DNA of 26,552 nucleotides from Chloropicon primus (lineage: Eukaryota): the NCBI GenBank assembly GCA_023205875.1, contig CP060763.1, positions 744,001 to 770,552 of the forward strand, in the 5' to 3' direction. This document shows positions 18,046 to 26,552 of the stretch, one piece after another. Made by a program: the position numbers and the translations under genes. The notes under the pieces were generated by a model. That model worked only from the letters and a program-made list of their open reading frames with translations. It searched no databases and was not told the origin of the DNA. Every line of letters starts with the position of its first letter. Within the stretch, counting starts at the first letter, position 1.

Positions 18046-19547
18046 GTCTCTCTGCTGCTCCTGCTGCGGAGGAGTAATCTTGACTAAACCTCCCTCGATG
18101 TGAGGCGAGGCCGCGGTGGCGGTGGTGGTGGTGGTGGTGGTGGTGATGATGTGTGCTCGCGAGTGCGTCGCGTGCGGGGCGTTCTCCGTCCTCCCCTTGC
18201 TAGCACCAAAGCAAAAGCGCCGAGAACGAAGCCCGGTTCTCTTGCCAAGAGTCCAAGCCTCCCACTGCGAGTTGAGGCGAAGAAAGACGGAGAAGAATCC
18301 AAATCCGCTACTGCAACGAGAGGAGCAAGTTGAGCTGGCTGGTTCCCCCTCGCACACACACCCGGGCGTTCAGGCCTGCACGAGTAGTCGTAGAAGCAAG
18401 GATGCCCGCTGGGTGCAGCTTTCCTCCTCCTCAGATTCCCTTCCAACACGTCCAAGCGCCTGGCTTCCCTCCTTTCTCCTGAACAAGAAGAAGAAGAAGA
18501 AGAAGAACAAGTGCTTGAGTTGCCGACAGTTGTCTTGCTTGTTGGTGCGTCGCGAAGACGGGAAGACGGTCGGCCTGTTGTGTTGTGTTGTGTTGTGTTG
18601 AAAGAAGACGGTCGTGCGTGCGTGTGTCTTCCTCTTCCTCTTCCTCTTCCTCTTCCTCTCCCTTGAGTGCTCTCTCGAGTGGGTAGAGATTTATCCACTC
18701 CCCGTGTGGATCCTCCTCCTCGTCCTCGTTCCTGGTGTGGTGTGTTGGTGTTGTTGGTGTTGTGGATCCCAAGGCTGGGAGGTTTGGTTAGCCTGTGTAG
18801 TGGCGCGGTGGAAGAGGCAAAAAGTGAAGGTGTTCCCTGGATCCTCGACCTCGTGCTTGATCTCCCTCTGCAAGAGCAAGAAGAAAACAACACCAGGGAC
18901 ACAGAGAGAAAAGGAAAACCATTCGCACACGAGAAGAAAAGAAAAGAGAAAACAAGACAAGACACGACAAGAAGGCCGTGCATGCATGGTATGTATTGTC
19001 AGAGAAAGCGAAGAGTGGATGAGGCCGAGGAGGCAGATGGGAGGCAGATGGAGGAGATTTCGGATAAAGCTCCCGCCCTCTTTTCCCTCCCCTTCCCCTT
19101 CCCTTCCCAAGACAAGAGAAGAAGAAGAAGAAGAAAGAAGAAGAGAGTGGAAGCCCGTCTTGTCGTTGTCGGTTGTGGTGGTTGTCGTACCTGGTGTGGT
19201 GGCAATGCTTCGTACGAGTGTTCCTCCTCGTTCTCGTTCTGTGTTCTATGTTCTATCTGGTTCCCTCTCTTCTCTCTTTGTTTTCGTTGTTTTCGCTTTG
19301 TTGCCGCCTCTTTTGTGCATCGTGTAGTTCACGCGTCTTGGGGGGGACACCAGGAGTTGTGGATAAGGAATCTGATCTGATCTCCACCAACACAGGGGAA
19401 ACTACTCGGCTCGCGGAGGGGGGAGAGGTTCACGAACAATACTTCAAATATGAAATATGAAATACAAAACCCTTTTCCTCCCCACGCGATAAGGCGACCC
19501 CCCACTGGAGGCGGAGGACGACACGACACCCACCCATCCAGGAAACA

Positions 19548-19595
19548 ACCAGGACCAGGACCAGCACCAGGACCAGGACCAGGACCAGGACCAGG
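19548..19595. repeat. (ACCAGG)n hexamer microsatellite
   Basis: About 8 units with one variant, upstream of the YlmG gene. Confidence 0.88.
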
Positions 19596-19655
19596 GGAGG
19601 AAACAAAACTTCACAACACCCGTCTAACACCCGTCTTACTTCCTTGCGAGAAGAA

Positions 19656-19705
19656 AACACAACACAACACAACACAACATAACATAACATAACATAACAT
19701 AACAT
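19656..19705. repeat. Compound pentamer microsatellite (AACAC)4(AACAT)6
   Basis: Read directly. Confidence 0.88.
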
Positions 19706-19743
19706 AACTGGCTTGGAGGAGAGGAGAGGAGAGGAACAGGAAA

Positions 19744-20628
19744 ATGGGATCGGCTTCTCTTCTTCCAAACACCGCCAAGACGAAGGGGGGGAAACCCTGC
19801 CTGACGACGAGGCGACGAGAAGGAATACAGGGGCAACGAAGACAACGAGGACAACAGCGACAGTTTCTTCTTCCGCGTCGTCGCCAGCAGGGGATCGCCA
19901 CCACCACCACCACCACCACCACGGGAGGTCGAGGTCGAGGCTTCCTCGGAAATTGTTCGGCCCACAGCAGCAGCAGCAGCAGCAGCAGCAGCTCGGGCAG
20001 CAGGCCCAGCAGCCCCTTTGCGACGACGGCGACGCCGGGGGCCAAGGTGGACGCGGCCCTGCGCGCGGTGGGCGAGTTCCTGCGCGACAAGTTCGCGGCC
20101 CCCCTGGCCCTGCTGGACAGGCTCGGCCTGACGAGGAAGGAGGCGTGGAGGAAGCAGGCGGGGAACTTCAGCATGATGGCCTCCGTGGGCTCCCTCACCA
20201 GCAAGTTCTGCGTGTACGATCCCACGCCGACCACCCCCGTGGACACGTTCATCCTGCTGTGCAAGGCCCTGGCGAACTTCCTCGCGTTCTACACGCTGAT
20301 CCTCTTCGTCCGCGTGCTGCTGACGTGGTTCCCGAACATAGACTGGGACAAGAACCCGTGGCTGACGCTGAGGCAGATCACGGACCCGTACCTGAACATC
20401 TTCAGGAACATGGTGCCGCCGCTGATGGGCCAGATCGACCTCACCCCCATCGTCGGCTTCCTCGTCATGCAGTACATCACGAGCTTCATCAAGTTCCTGG
20501 GCAACAGGTTCATCTCGATCGACAACTTCTCGGACGGGTGGGGCGGCGTCTTCTTCTTCGAGGACGAGGACATGCTCGCGGGCCTGTTCGAGGACCAGAA
20601 CGCGGCGCCCACGGCCCCTCCGGCTTGA
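19744..20628 (+). CDS. YGGT family protein YlmG homolog, chloroplastic (YLMG-like)
   Basis: FLAFYTLILFVRVLLTWFPNIDWDKNPWLTLRQITDPYLNIFRNMVPPLMGQIDLTPIVGFLV is the YGGT signature. The N-terminus is Ser/Thr/Arg-rich like a transit peptide. Confidence 0.9.
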   Translation: MGSASLLPNTAKTKGGKPCLTTRRREGIQGQRRQRGQQRQFLLPRRRQQGIATTTTTTTTGGRGRGFLGNCSAHSSSSSSSSSSGSRPSSPFATTATPGAKVDAALRAVGEFLRDKFAAPLALLDRLGLTRKEAWRKQAGNFSMMASVGSLTSKFCVYDPTPTTPVDTFILLCKALANFLAFYTLILFVRVLLTWFPNIDWDKNPWLTLRQITDPYLNIFRNMVPPLMGQIDLTPIVGFLVMQYITSFIKFLGNRFISIDNFSDGWGGVFFFEDEDMLAGLFEDQNAAPTAPPA

Positions 20629-20987
20629 GCTTGAGCTTGAGTGGAGAGAGAGAGCGAGAGAAAGAGAGAGCGAGAGCGAGTCGTTCCAGGGGAAGAGGAG
20701 CGGTTCATGCGCGCGCGCTTCGGAGAGTAACAACAAGCCAACAAGCCAACCTTCTGCGGGGTTCAGGGAAGGAGTGGGTTGGCTGTTTCTTTGTGGTGAA
20801 ATATATCCTAGACCATCTACGTCTTCCCTGTTGTTGAGCGCACAGTCGCTGCGTCGCTGTCGTTGGTGAACAACTACTAATTCTCTTATTCCATCCCAGT
20901 AGAAGGTAGGTTTTAGACGCCACGACGACCGTCGTCGCGTTCCCAGCAAAAGAATCGAAGGACCGAAGGGCCTTCCTCCCGATTGAC

Positions 20988-21465
20988 TTACTTGTTGCAG
21001 ATCTTGGCGGTGGCGTTGTTCGCGCAGATCTTCAGCAGAGGAGAGGAGAGAACAGAGGTCGTGTCAGAGAAAGAAAGAGAGCTGAGGAGATCCTTCACTC
21101 GCTCGCTCGACCTACCTTCTTCTTGAGCTTCTCAGGGATCTCGTCGGCCTGGGCTGGCAAAGGCGTCTTCACCACGGACAGGACGGCAGCGGCAGCGACC
21201 AAGGCAGCGTTGCGGGCGAACACCCTGCGGGACTCCACCTGAGAGAGAGAAAGAGAGTGTGTGTGTGTGAGTGAGTGACGTCGTTTTTGGGCGGTGTCAG
21301 TGGAGGAGTTCGTGTTTCGTTGTTTTTGTTTTTGTTTTTTATGTCCCTCCCTCCCTCCCTTACCTTGTTGTTGTTTTGCGCGGAGGCTCTGGTGAGCACC
21401 CTCCTCGCCTGGACGTTCTGTCTGCAGCAGACTCCTTTGCTTCTGGTGATTCCCGCGGCGGCCAT
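20988..21465 (-). CDS. PSBTN: Photosystem II 5 kDa lumenal protein PsbTn (nuclear encoded), complement(join(20988..21029,21116..21238,21364..21465)), 88 aa
   Basis: Two phase-0 introns (21239-21363 GTAAGG..CAG; 21030-21115 GTAGGT..AAG) give MAAAGITRSKGVCCRQNVQARRVLTRASAQNNNK|VESRRVFARNAALVAAAAVLSVVKTPLPAQADEIPEKLKKK|ICANNATAKICNK*. This has a transit peptide, a twin-arginine signal, an AQA cleavage site and the two-Cys C-x8-C (TAKIC) mature peptide typical of PsbTn. Confidence 0.85.
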
Positions 21466-21482
21466 ACTTGCTCTTGTTCTTA

Positions 21483-21515
<33 letters not shown>

Positions 21516-21901
21516 TGTGTCTTGCGTCGGTTTGTCCTGGGCTCTGCTCTGCTCTGGTTGGCTGAGATCTGGAGGGATCTGTGGATAAGGGTTCTATCAA
21601 CAAATTTAAAACTACCAGAGGAACCAGGAGAGGAACAGAAGGAGAACATCGTCCAAGATCCAGGCAATGACATCCTCGAAACCAAACCAAGGACACCAGG
21701 GGATCGGCTCGGCTGGGCTCGGCTTGGGTTTCCAAAGCAAAGCAAAACGAAACATAATATATAAATCATTTTTTTTTCATCACAGGACAGGGACATCACA
21801 ACAAGCTTAGGCTTAGGCGACCTTGTTGTTGTTGTTGGGTTTCATTTCATTTCCTCCCTACTTAAAGCAACGAATCGCAGCCCGTCGAAATGGAACGCCG
21901 A

Positions 21902-24751
21902 TCACCTGCTGCCCCAGGCGGAGGGCCTTCCGTCCTCCTCGTCGTCGCTCCCGATGTCACCGTACTCCCAGATGTTCAGGTGGTCCTTCCTGGCCTTCTC
22001 CTCCTCCTCCTTGAGGGCCGCGTACGCGTCGCTCTGGTGAAGGACCGACCTCTTGTTCCTCTCCACCCGGGCCAGGCCCTGCTTCACCAGCTCCAGGGCG
22101 ATCGCCTCGTGGGTCTCCGGGTCGGTCAGCGCCACCCGCGCGACCGTTTCGGGCCTCCTGCCCTGGACGACCTCGCTGGACCTGGACTCCACCGTGGCGT
22201 CCAGGACCTGGCCCCGGCCGATCAGGCCCTGGAGCTCCGAGGCGGCCTCGTAACCAAAGTCCTCCTCCAGCTTGGGGACCTTGACCCCCGCGAGCTGGCA
22301 GGCGAAGGCCAGGGGCTTGGAGGACTTGAGCTGCAGGTTCCCCTCGATGGGGGATAGCTCCTTGGCGGTCACGACGTCCCTGTTGCCAAAGTCCACGTAG
22401 AACACCTCGTAGGTCTTGGCCTTGTCGTCGTAGCGCTCCACCCGGGCCCTGTAGACCTGGCCGTCGCCCTTGTACTTGCACAGCACGACCTCCCCGTTCT
22501 GGTACCTGGCCGAGTCCCCGGCGGAGGACTCCGAGAGGCCGAGCCCCGCCACCTCCTTGAGGAGGGCGTTGGCCTCGTCGTCGGCCTTCTGGGCGTAGAA
22601 CAGGCCCCCGCTCACCACGCAGACGCACCTGATCTTGACCTCCTCCTTCTGGTGCTGGGCCCCGTTACCCGAGCTGGACTCCGCCTCCGCCTCCGCCTGG
22701 GCGTCCGGCTCCTGGTAGTCCTTCCACAGGTTGATCCTGGCGTCCTTGGCCCGGCTCTGGGCCAGAGTCAGCGGGGACCCGCTCGAGACGTTGTAGCCGT
22801 GGATCGTGGCCAGCCCTTGGGAAAGGAGCTGCTCGGCGATGTCGATCCTCTTGTTGTTCCCGTGCAGCAGCCTCAGCTTTCCGGTGAAGGTTCCCATCTT
22901 GTCGATGGACTCCACCTCGATCTCGACGTCCCTCTGCATGCAGTGGACCCTGGCGTACTTGAGGGCCTCGTCCGAGTACGGCTCGTTCCTGCCCGGGCAC
23001 CTCACGTCCGACAGAGCAAAGGTGAGGGCGATCGCCTGCTTCGGCACCAGGAGCTTGTACCTGTGCCCGCTCAGCACGTAGTCCACGATGGCGTTCACCC
23101 TGTCCGACCTCTGCAGGAAGGGCAGGAACTGTTTGGACTTCTGGGCGGACGAGTTCACGGAGAGGTCGTTCATCCTCCCCCCGCTGCTGGGCTTCTTGCC
23201 CCCGTGGATGCCCTTCTTGTTCTTCACGGCCCTGGCCTCCGCCTCGACCATCTCCTCGAAGTTCTCGGCCCTCACGTCCCCGCTGCGGTGGTTCTGGCAC
23301 GTCGCCAGGCCCCTGGACAGGAGGACCTCGCTCACGTTCACCGTCTTGGGCGACCCGCCCTGCCTCTCCTCGTACGAGATCGAGGCGAAGCTCAGCGTGC
23401 GCATCTGCTGCTGCTGCTGCTGGTCCCCGCCGCCCTGCTGGCCGCCGCCGCCCAACGGGACCTTCCTCTCGTACTCGATCCTCGCGGTCACCTCCTTGCC
23501 CACGATCTTCTGCCTCAGGACCTCCTTGGCCTCCTCGGCCCAGGGCTCCCCCTGGTTGTTGTTGCCCCTGGTGGGCATCCTCGGGGCCCTGAGGCTCGAG
23601 AGATGAACCCTCCTCTCCGACCTGTCCTTGAGGCTCAGCAGGACCACGGTGTCCCCGCTCACCACCTCGGTGACGATGCACTTCATCTCCCCCCCGGCGT
23701 CCTCCGAGACGCCGGCGCTCGGCACGTAGTCGTGCCACAAGTTCGCCTTCCTGGCCTTGGCCGCCTTCTCGGCCTGCCTCTGCTTGGACGACGCCAGCGA
23801 GGGGAGCATCCTGCCCGACCAGTCCAGCACCTTGGCCAGGCCCTCCCTGAGGAGGAGCTCCGCGACGCTCTCGCCCTGGGGGGTGTAGACGCTCGCGTAG
23901 ACGTTGCCGAACTTGTCGAGCTCCTCGAAGCACACCTCGCAGTCCCTGCTGAGCACGAGGTTCTCCACGAAGACCTTGCTCCTCACCCCGAAGGCCTCGG
24001 TGCCCTGGGTCTCCTGGCCCTCCTGCTGCCTCCTCTGCACGAGGGGGCACGCCACCCCGCACAGGAACACCGTGGCCTGGACGAACTCCCTCTTCTGCTT
24101 CTCGCTGTCCGTCGGCTTGACCAGGACCCTCAGGACGTGGGGGTTCCCCACGCTCTCCACGACGCACCCGTACCTCATCCGGTTCCTCAGCTTGCTCCTG
24201 TCCACGAGGGACTGGGCGGTCACGCACCCGTCGCCGTCGCCCACCCCGAGGACCTTCCTCCTGGGGTTCTGCTTCCTCTCCTTGCCGCTGCTGTTCTCCC
24301 CGAAGGTCCAGATCCCCAGGCCCTTGTTCCTCGCGGCCTCCTCCGCCTGCTTCAGCTGGTGCGCCAGGTCGGACTTCCCGTCCTTGGCCCTCGCCAAGCC
24401 AGCGGACACCTGGAGCAAGGCGGCGTTGTTGTTCTGGGAGTCGAACACCGTGCCGAACTCCAGGTTCTTGCCCTTGATCACGTCGTCCACACGGAACACG
24501 ACGCCCTGGCCCACAAGAGCCCGTCTCAGGTTCTCCCTGCTGCTCCAGGCCCCGGGCTCCTCGTTCGTGGACCCGTCCCTCCTCCCCAGCCTCGGCGCCA
24601 TGATCCCGCTCAGGATCAGCCTCTTCTCCTGCCTCAGGGCCTGGCAGTTGGGTGGGATCTGCTCGTGCGAGCTGCACCCGCTCGAAACCACCACCACGGA
24701 GTCCCCGCTGCTCACCTCCTTCACCACGCCGCGCAACCAACCCGTCGCCAT
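21902..24751 (-). CDS. TSN: Tudor staphylococcal nuclease (Tudor-SN / SND1 / TSN)
   Basis: Repeated SN domains (GVVKEVSSGDS, LSGIMAPRLGRR, VTEVVSGDT, LSSLRAPR, VDYVLSGHR), a Tudor domain (YRARV..YEVFYVDFGN) and the terminal NIWEYGD. Intronless, 949 aa. Confidence 0.95.
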   Translation of the reverse strand: MATGWLRGVVKEVSSGDSVVVVSSGCSSHEQIPPNCQALRQEKRLILSGIMAPRLGRRDGSTNEEPGAWSSRENLRRALVGQGVVFRVDDVIKGKNLEFGTVFDSQNNNAALLQVSAGLARAKDGKSDLAHQLKQAEEAARNKGLGIWTFGENSSGKERKQNPRRKVLGVGDGDGCVTAQSLVDRSKLRNRMRYGCVVESVGNPHVLRVLVKPTDSEKQKREFVQATVFLCGVACPLVQRRQQEGQETQGTEAFGVRSKVFVENLVLSRDCEVCFEELDKFGNVYASVYTPQGESVAELLLREGLAKVLDWSGRMLPSLASSKQRQAEKAAKARKANLWHDYVPSAGVSEDAGGEMKCIVTEVVSGDTVVLLSLKDRSERRVHLSSLRAPRMPTRGNNNQGEPWAEEAKEVLRQKIVGKEVTARIEYERKVPLGGGGQQGGGDQQQQQQMRTLSFASISYEERQGGSPKTVNVSEVLLSRGLATCQNHRSGDVRAENFEEMVEAEARAVKNKKGIHGGKKPSSGGRMNDLSVNSSAQKSKQFLPFLQRSDRVNAIVDYVLSGHRYKLLVPKQAIALTFALSDVRCPGRNEPYSDEALKYARVHCMQRDVEIEVESIDKMGTFTGKLRLLHGNNKRIDIAEQLLSQGLATIHGYNVSSGSPLTLAQSRAKDARINLWKDYQEPDAQAEAEAESSSGNGAQHQKEEVKIRCVCVVSGGLFYAQKADDEANALLKEVAGLGLSESSAGDSARYQNGEVVLCKYKGDGQVYRARVERYDDKAKTYEVFYVDFGNRDVVTAKELSPIEGNLQLKSSKPLAFACQLAGVKVPKLEEDFGYEAASELQGLIGRGQVLDATVESRSSEVVQGRRPETVARVALTDPETHEAIALELVKQGLARVERNKRSVLHQSDAYAALKEEEEKARKDHLNIWEYGDIGSDDEEDGRPSAWGSR

Positions 24752-25869
24752 CCTTCTTTCTTCTTCTTCTTCTTCTTCTTCTCTCTTGCTTTTCTTTCCT
24801 TGGTTCGTTTGTTGATTGATCTCAACTCAACACCCCCCTCCACTTTGAGGAAAAGAACAAGCGAGCGCAACGCGACGCGCGTGCGTGCCCTATCGACAAG
24901 GTTTGCGGTCTTTCTTCAGTCGTGTCTGAGAGCCCTCCTCTGGTCCAAATACCAAAGGTTTCCCGTTCCCAACCCAAGGCCTTGCGCGTATCGGTCGTCG
25001 TTCCTCCTGCCTCCTCCTTTGCCCTAATGCTCGCGCAATCCTCTCCGGATCATCCAGGTGATCTCCGCTTTTATTCAACGGCATTGATTTCGGGATTAGC
25101 GGGGGCGCGGAGGGAGGGCAGGGGAGGGGATCGAGGACACCATCACCATCGGGGAGGAACAGGATTGGTTTGGAGGTGTGGTTGGGGGGTCTCTGTCGTC
25201 CAATTGGGGTCCTTGGAAGACCTTCGTCTCAGTCGCCTTGATCGATGACACTGAATGGGAGGAGGGGCCGGGCCCAGATCGGGTCCGGGCACCGGCCTCC
25301 AGGGGTGGGGGAGGAGAGGTGTTGAGGTTGATGCAGGGGGTTGGGAGGGGAAACGAGGCAGGGAGAAGTTGATGTGGGTAGTTTTGCGTGGCTTGGATCA
25401 CCTGTGTTTGGTTCATGCTTCACTTGATTATGTAATGTAGGTGTGTATGATATGATTCTGTTGCTATTATTGTCCATTTTGGGCCTACTTTTTGGCACGA
25501 ATAGTGGAGTGACGGATCCAGTTCGTATCCGATGGCTGTAAAACTTTGTCAGAAGGGGCTTGTATTTTATATTTGGATACTCCTCGAATATGGTGTATGT
25601 TGCCGTCGTCGTTGAACCTGTAGAGATCCATCTGTCGGACCACTAAAACCCAAACCACAGCCCTCCATGGATGATGATGATGATGATGTGTGAATGGAGT
25701 CCGTGATGAAGAAACTTGTTCCGGGTGGAGTGCAATCTAGGGCACCTGAGAATAAAGAGGTCCAATCGTAAACCTTACCCTGATCCACTCTTCTGCTGGA
25801 ATCCGTCGTCTTATGCGACCTGGTTTAGGGCCGACTAAAACCCAGATCACACTTAAAACCTATACCAGA

Positions 25870-26186
25870 AGGAAAAAATGCGGTGGCTTGGAGGCACCAC
25901 GGAAAGCTTGGATGATGCGACGGTGTCTTTTACTTAGGCTTCTTTTGTTCTCCGGCTCCTTTCCTTGGCCAGGTCGTCCTTCCTTCCTTCCTCGGGCAAA
26001 CCCTACTCAAGGCACTTCGGACCCACGAGAGGGCCTTTTAGGCGTTAGGTTTTAGGACTCCCAAGGCTTTAGGAAACGCGGTGACTCGGAGGCACCCCAC
26101 GGGAAAGGTTGGATGATGCGACGGTGTCTTTCTCCCAGGCTTCTTTTGTTCTCCGGCTCCTTTCCTTGGCCAGGTCGTCCTTCCTT
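25870..26186 (+). repeat. Subtelomeric direct repeat, two copies of about 115 bp (about 25870-25985 and 26071-26186)
   Basis: Shared sequence GGAGGCACC..TTGGATGATGCGACGGTGTCTTT..AGGCTTCTTTTGTTCTCCGGCTCCTTTCCTTGGCCAGGTCGTCCTTCCTT; copies are offset by about 200 bp. Confidence 0.88.
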
Positions 26187-26552
26187 AGGTTTAGGCTTGT
26201 AGGCTTGTTAGGCTGTTAGGTTGTTATGTTTAGGTTTTAGGTTTTAGGTTTTAGGTTTTAGGTTTTAGGTTTTAGGTTTTAGGTTTAGGTTTTAGGTTTT
26301 AGGTTTTAGGTTTTAGGTTTTAGGTTTTAGGTTTTAGGCTTAGGTTTTAGGCCCAGGTTTTAGGCCTTAGGTTTTAGGCCCAGGTTTTAGGCCCAGGTTT
26401 TAGGCCAGGCCTTAGGTTTTAGGTTTTAGGTTTTAGGTTTTAGGTTTTAGGTTTTAGGTTTTAGGTTTTAGGTTTTAGGTTTTAGGTTTTAGGTTTTAGG
26501 TTTTAGGTTTTAGGTTTTAGGTTTTAGGTTTTAGGTTTTAGGTTTTAGGTTT
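26185..26552 (+). repeat. Telomere, (TTTTAGG)n, with degenerate proximal units and an internal variant block
   Basis: The G-rich strand runs 5'->3' toward the end of the window. Units are degenerate over about 26185-26234, variant over 26339-26416 and homogeneous thereafter. Confidence 0.97.

Noticed and set aside
18084..19768. Several overlapping ORFs of 100-300 aa
   Set aside because: Translations are dominated by microsatellite-derived runs with no domain signature.
20907..20941. TAGGTTTTAG telomere-like 10-mer next to a CGACGAC/GTCGTCG palindrome; considered as a telomerase RNA template or telo-box
   Set aside because: It lies in the short 3' region between YlmG and PsbTn, no Pol III promoter or terminator could be identified, and (GAC)n/(GTC)n runs are common here.
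22652..25027. 791-aa plus-strand and 691-aa alternative-frame ORFs over Tudor-SN
   Set aside because: Shadows of extreme GC3 bias in TSN.
25096..25788. Short Pro-rich subtelomeric ORFs as a possible retroelement remnant
   Set aside because: No RT, endonuclease, gag or transposase motif is recognisable; a translated search would be needed.
25870..26186. Repeat-spacer-repeat arrangements (here and at 1566-1803) as CRISPR-like arrays or LTRs
   Set aside because: Only two copies each, eukaryotic context, no cas genes, and no TG..CA ends, PBS or target-site duplications seen.

Overview
Gene-dense, GC-rich eukaryotic DNA ending in a chromosome end: a (TTTTAGG)n telomere runs from about 26185 to the window edge. 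Plastid-targeted genes (PsbTn, YlmG), a CCT protein, sparse GT-AG introns, microsatellite-rich spacers and the TTTTAGG repeat point to a compact green-algal nuclear genome. Chloropicon-like is my best guess, but that is an inference. I can support 13 protein-coding genes, mostly in alternating orientation: a GT13/GnT-I glycosyltransferase (absent from the ORF track, runs off the left edge), carnosine N-methyltransferase, a prokaryote-like GHKL/MORC-type ATPase, a HECT E3 ligase with an N-acylation motif, PCID2/Thp1, an atypical PI3/4-kinase-like protein, a DJ-1/PfpI protein, a two-exon ARM-like protein with Sfi1-like repeats, RRP4, a CCT protein, YlmG/YGGT, three-exon PsbTn and Tudor-SN. A short subtelomere of about 1.4 kb follows; it contains a duplication cut off by the telomere, and the telomere carries a patterned block of variant repeats. 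The best leads are the possibly organelle-targeted MORC-like GHKL ATPase, the HECT ligase with an MGCxxC N-terminus and a long C-terminal tail, the DRHHGH kinase-like protein and the telomere junction. All calls come from reading motifs by eye; no database searches were run.
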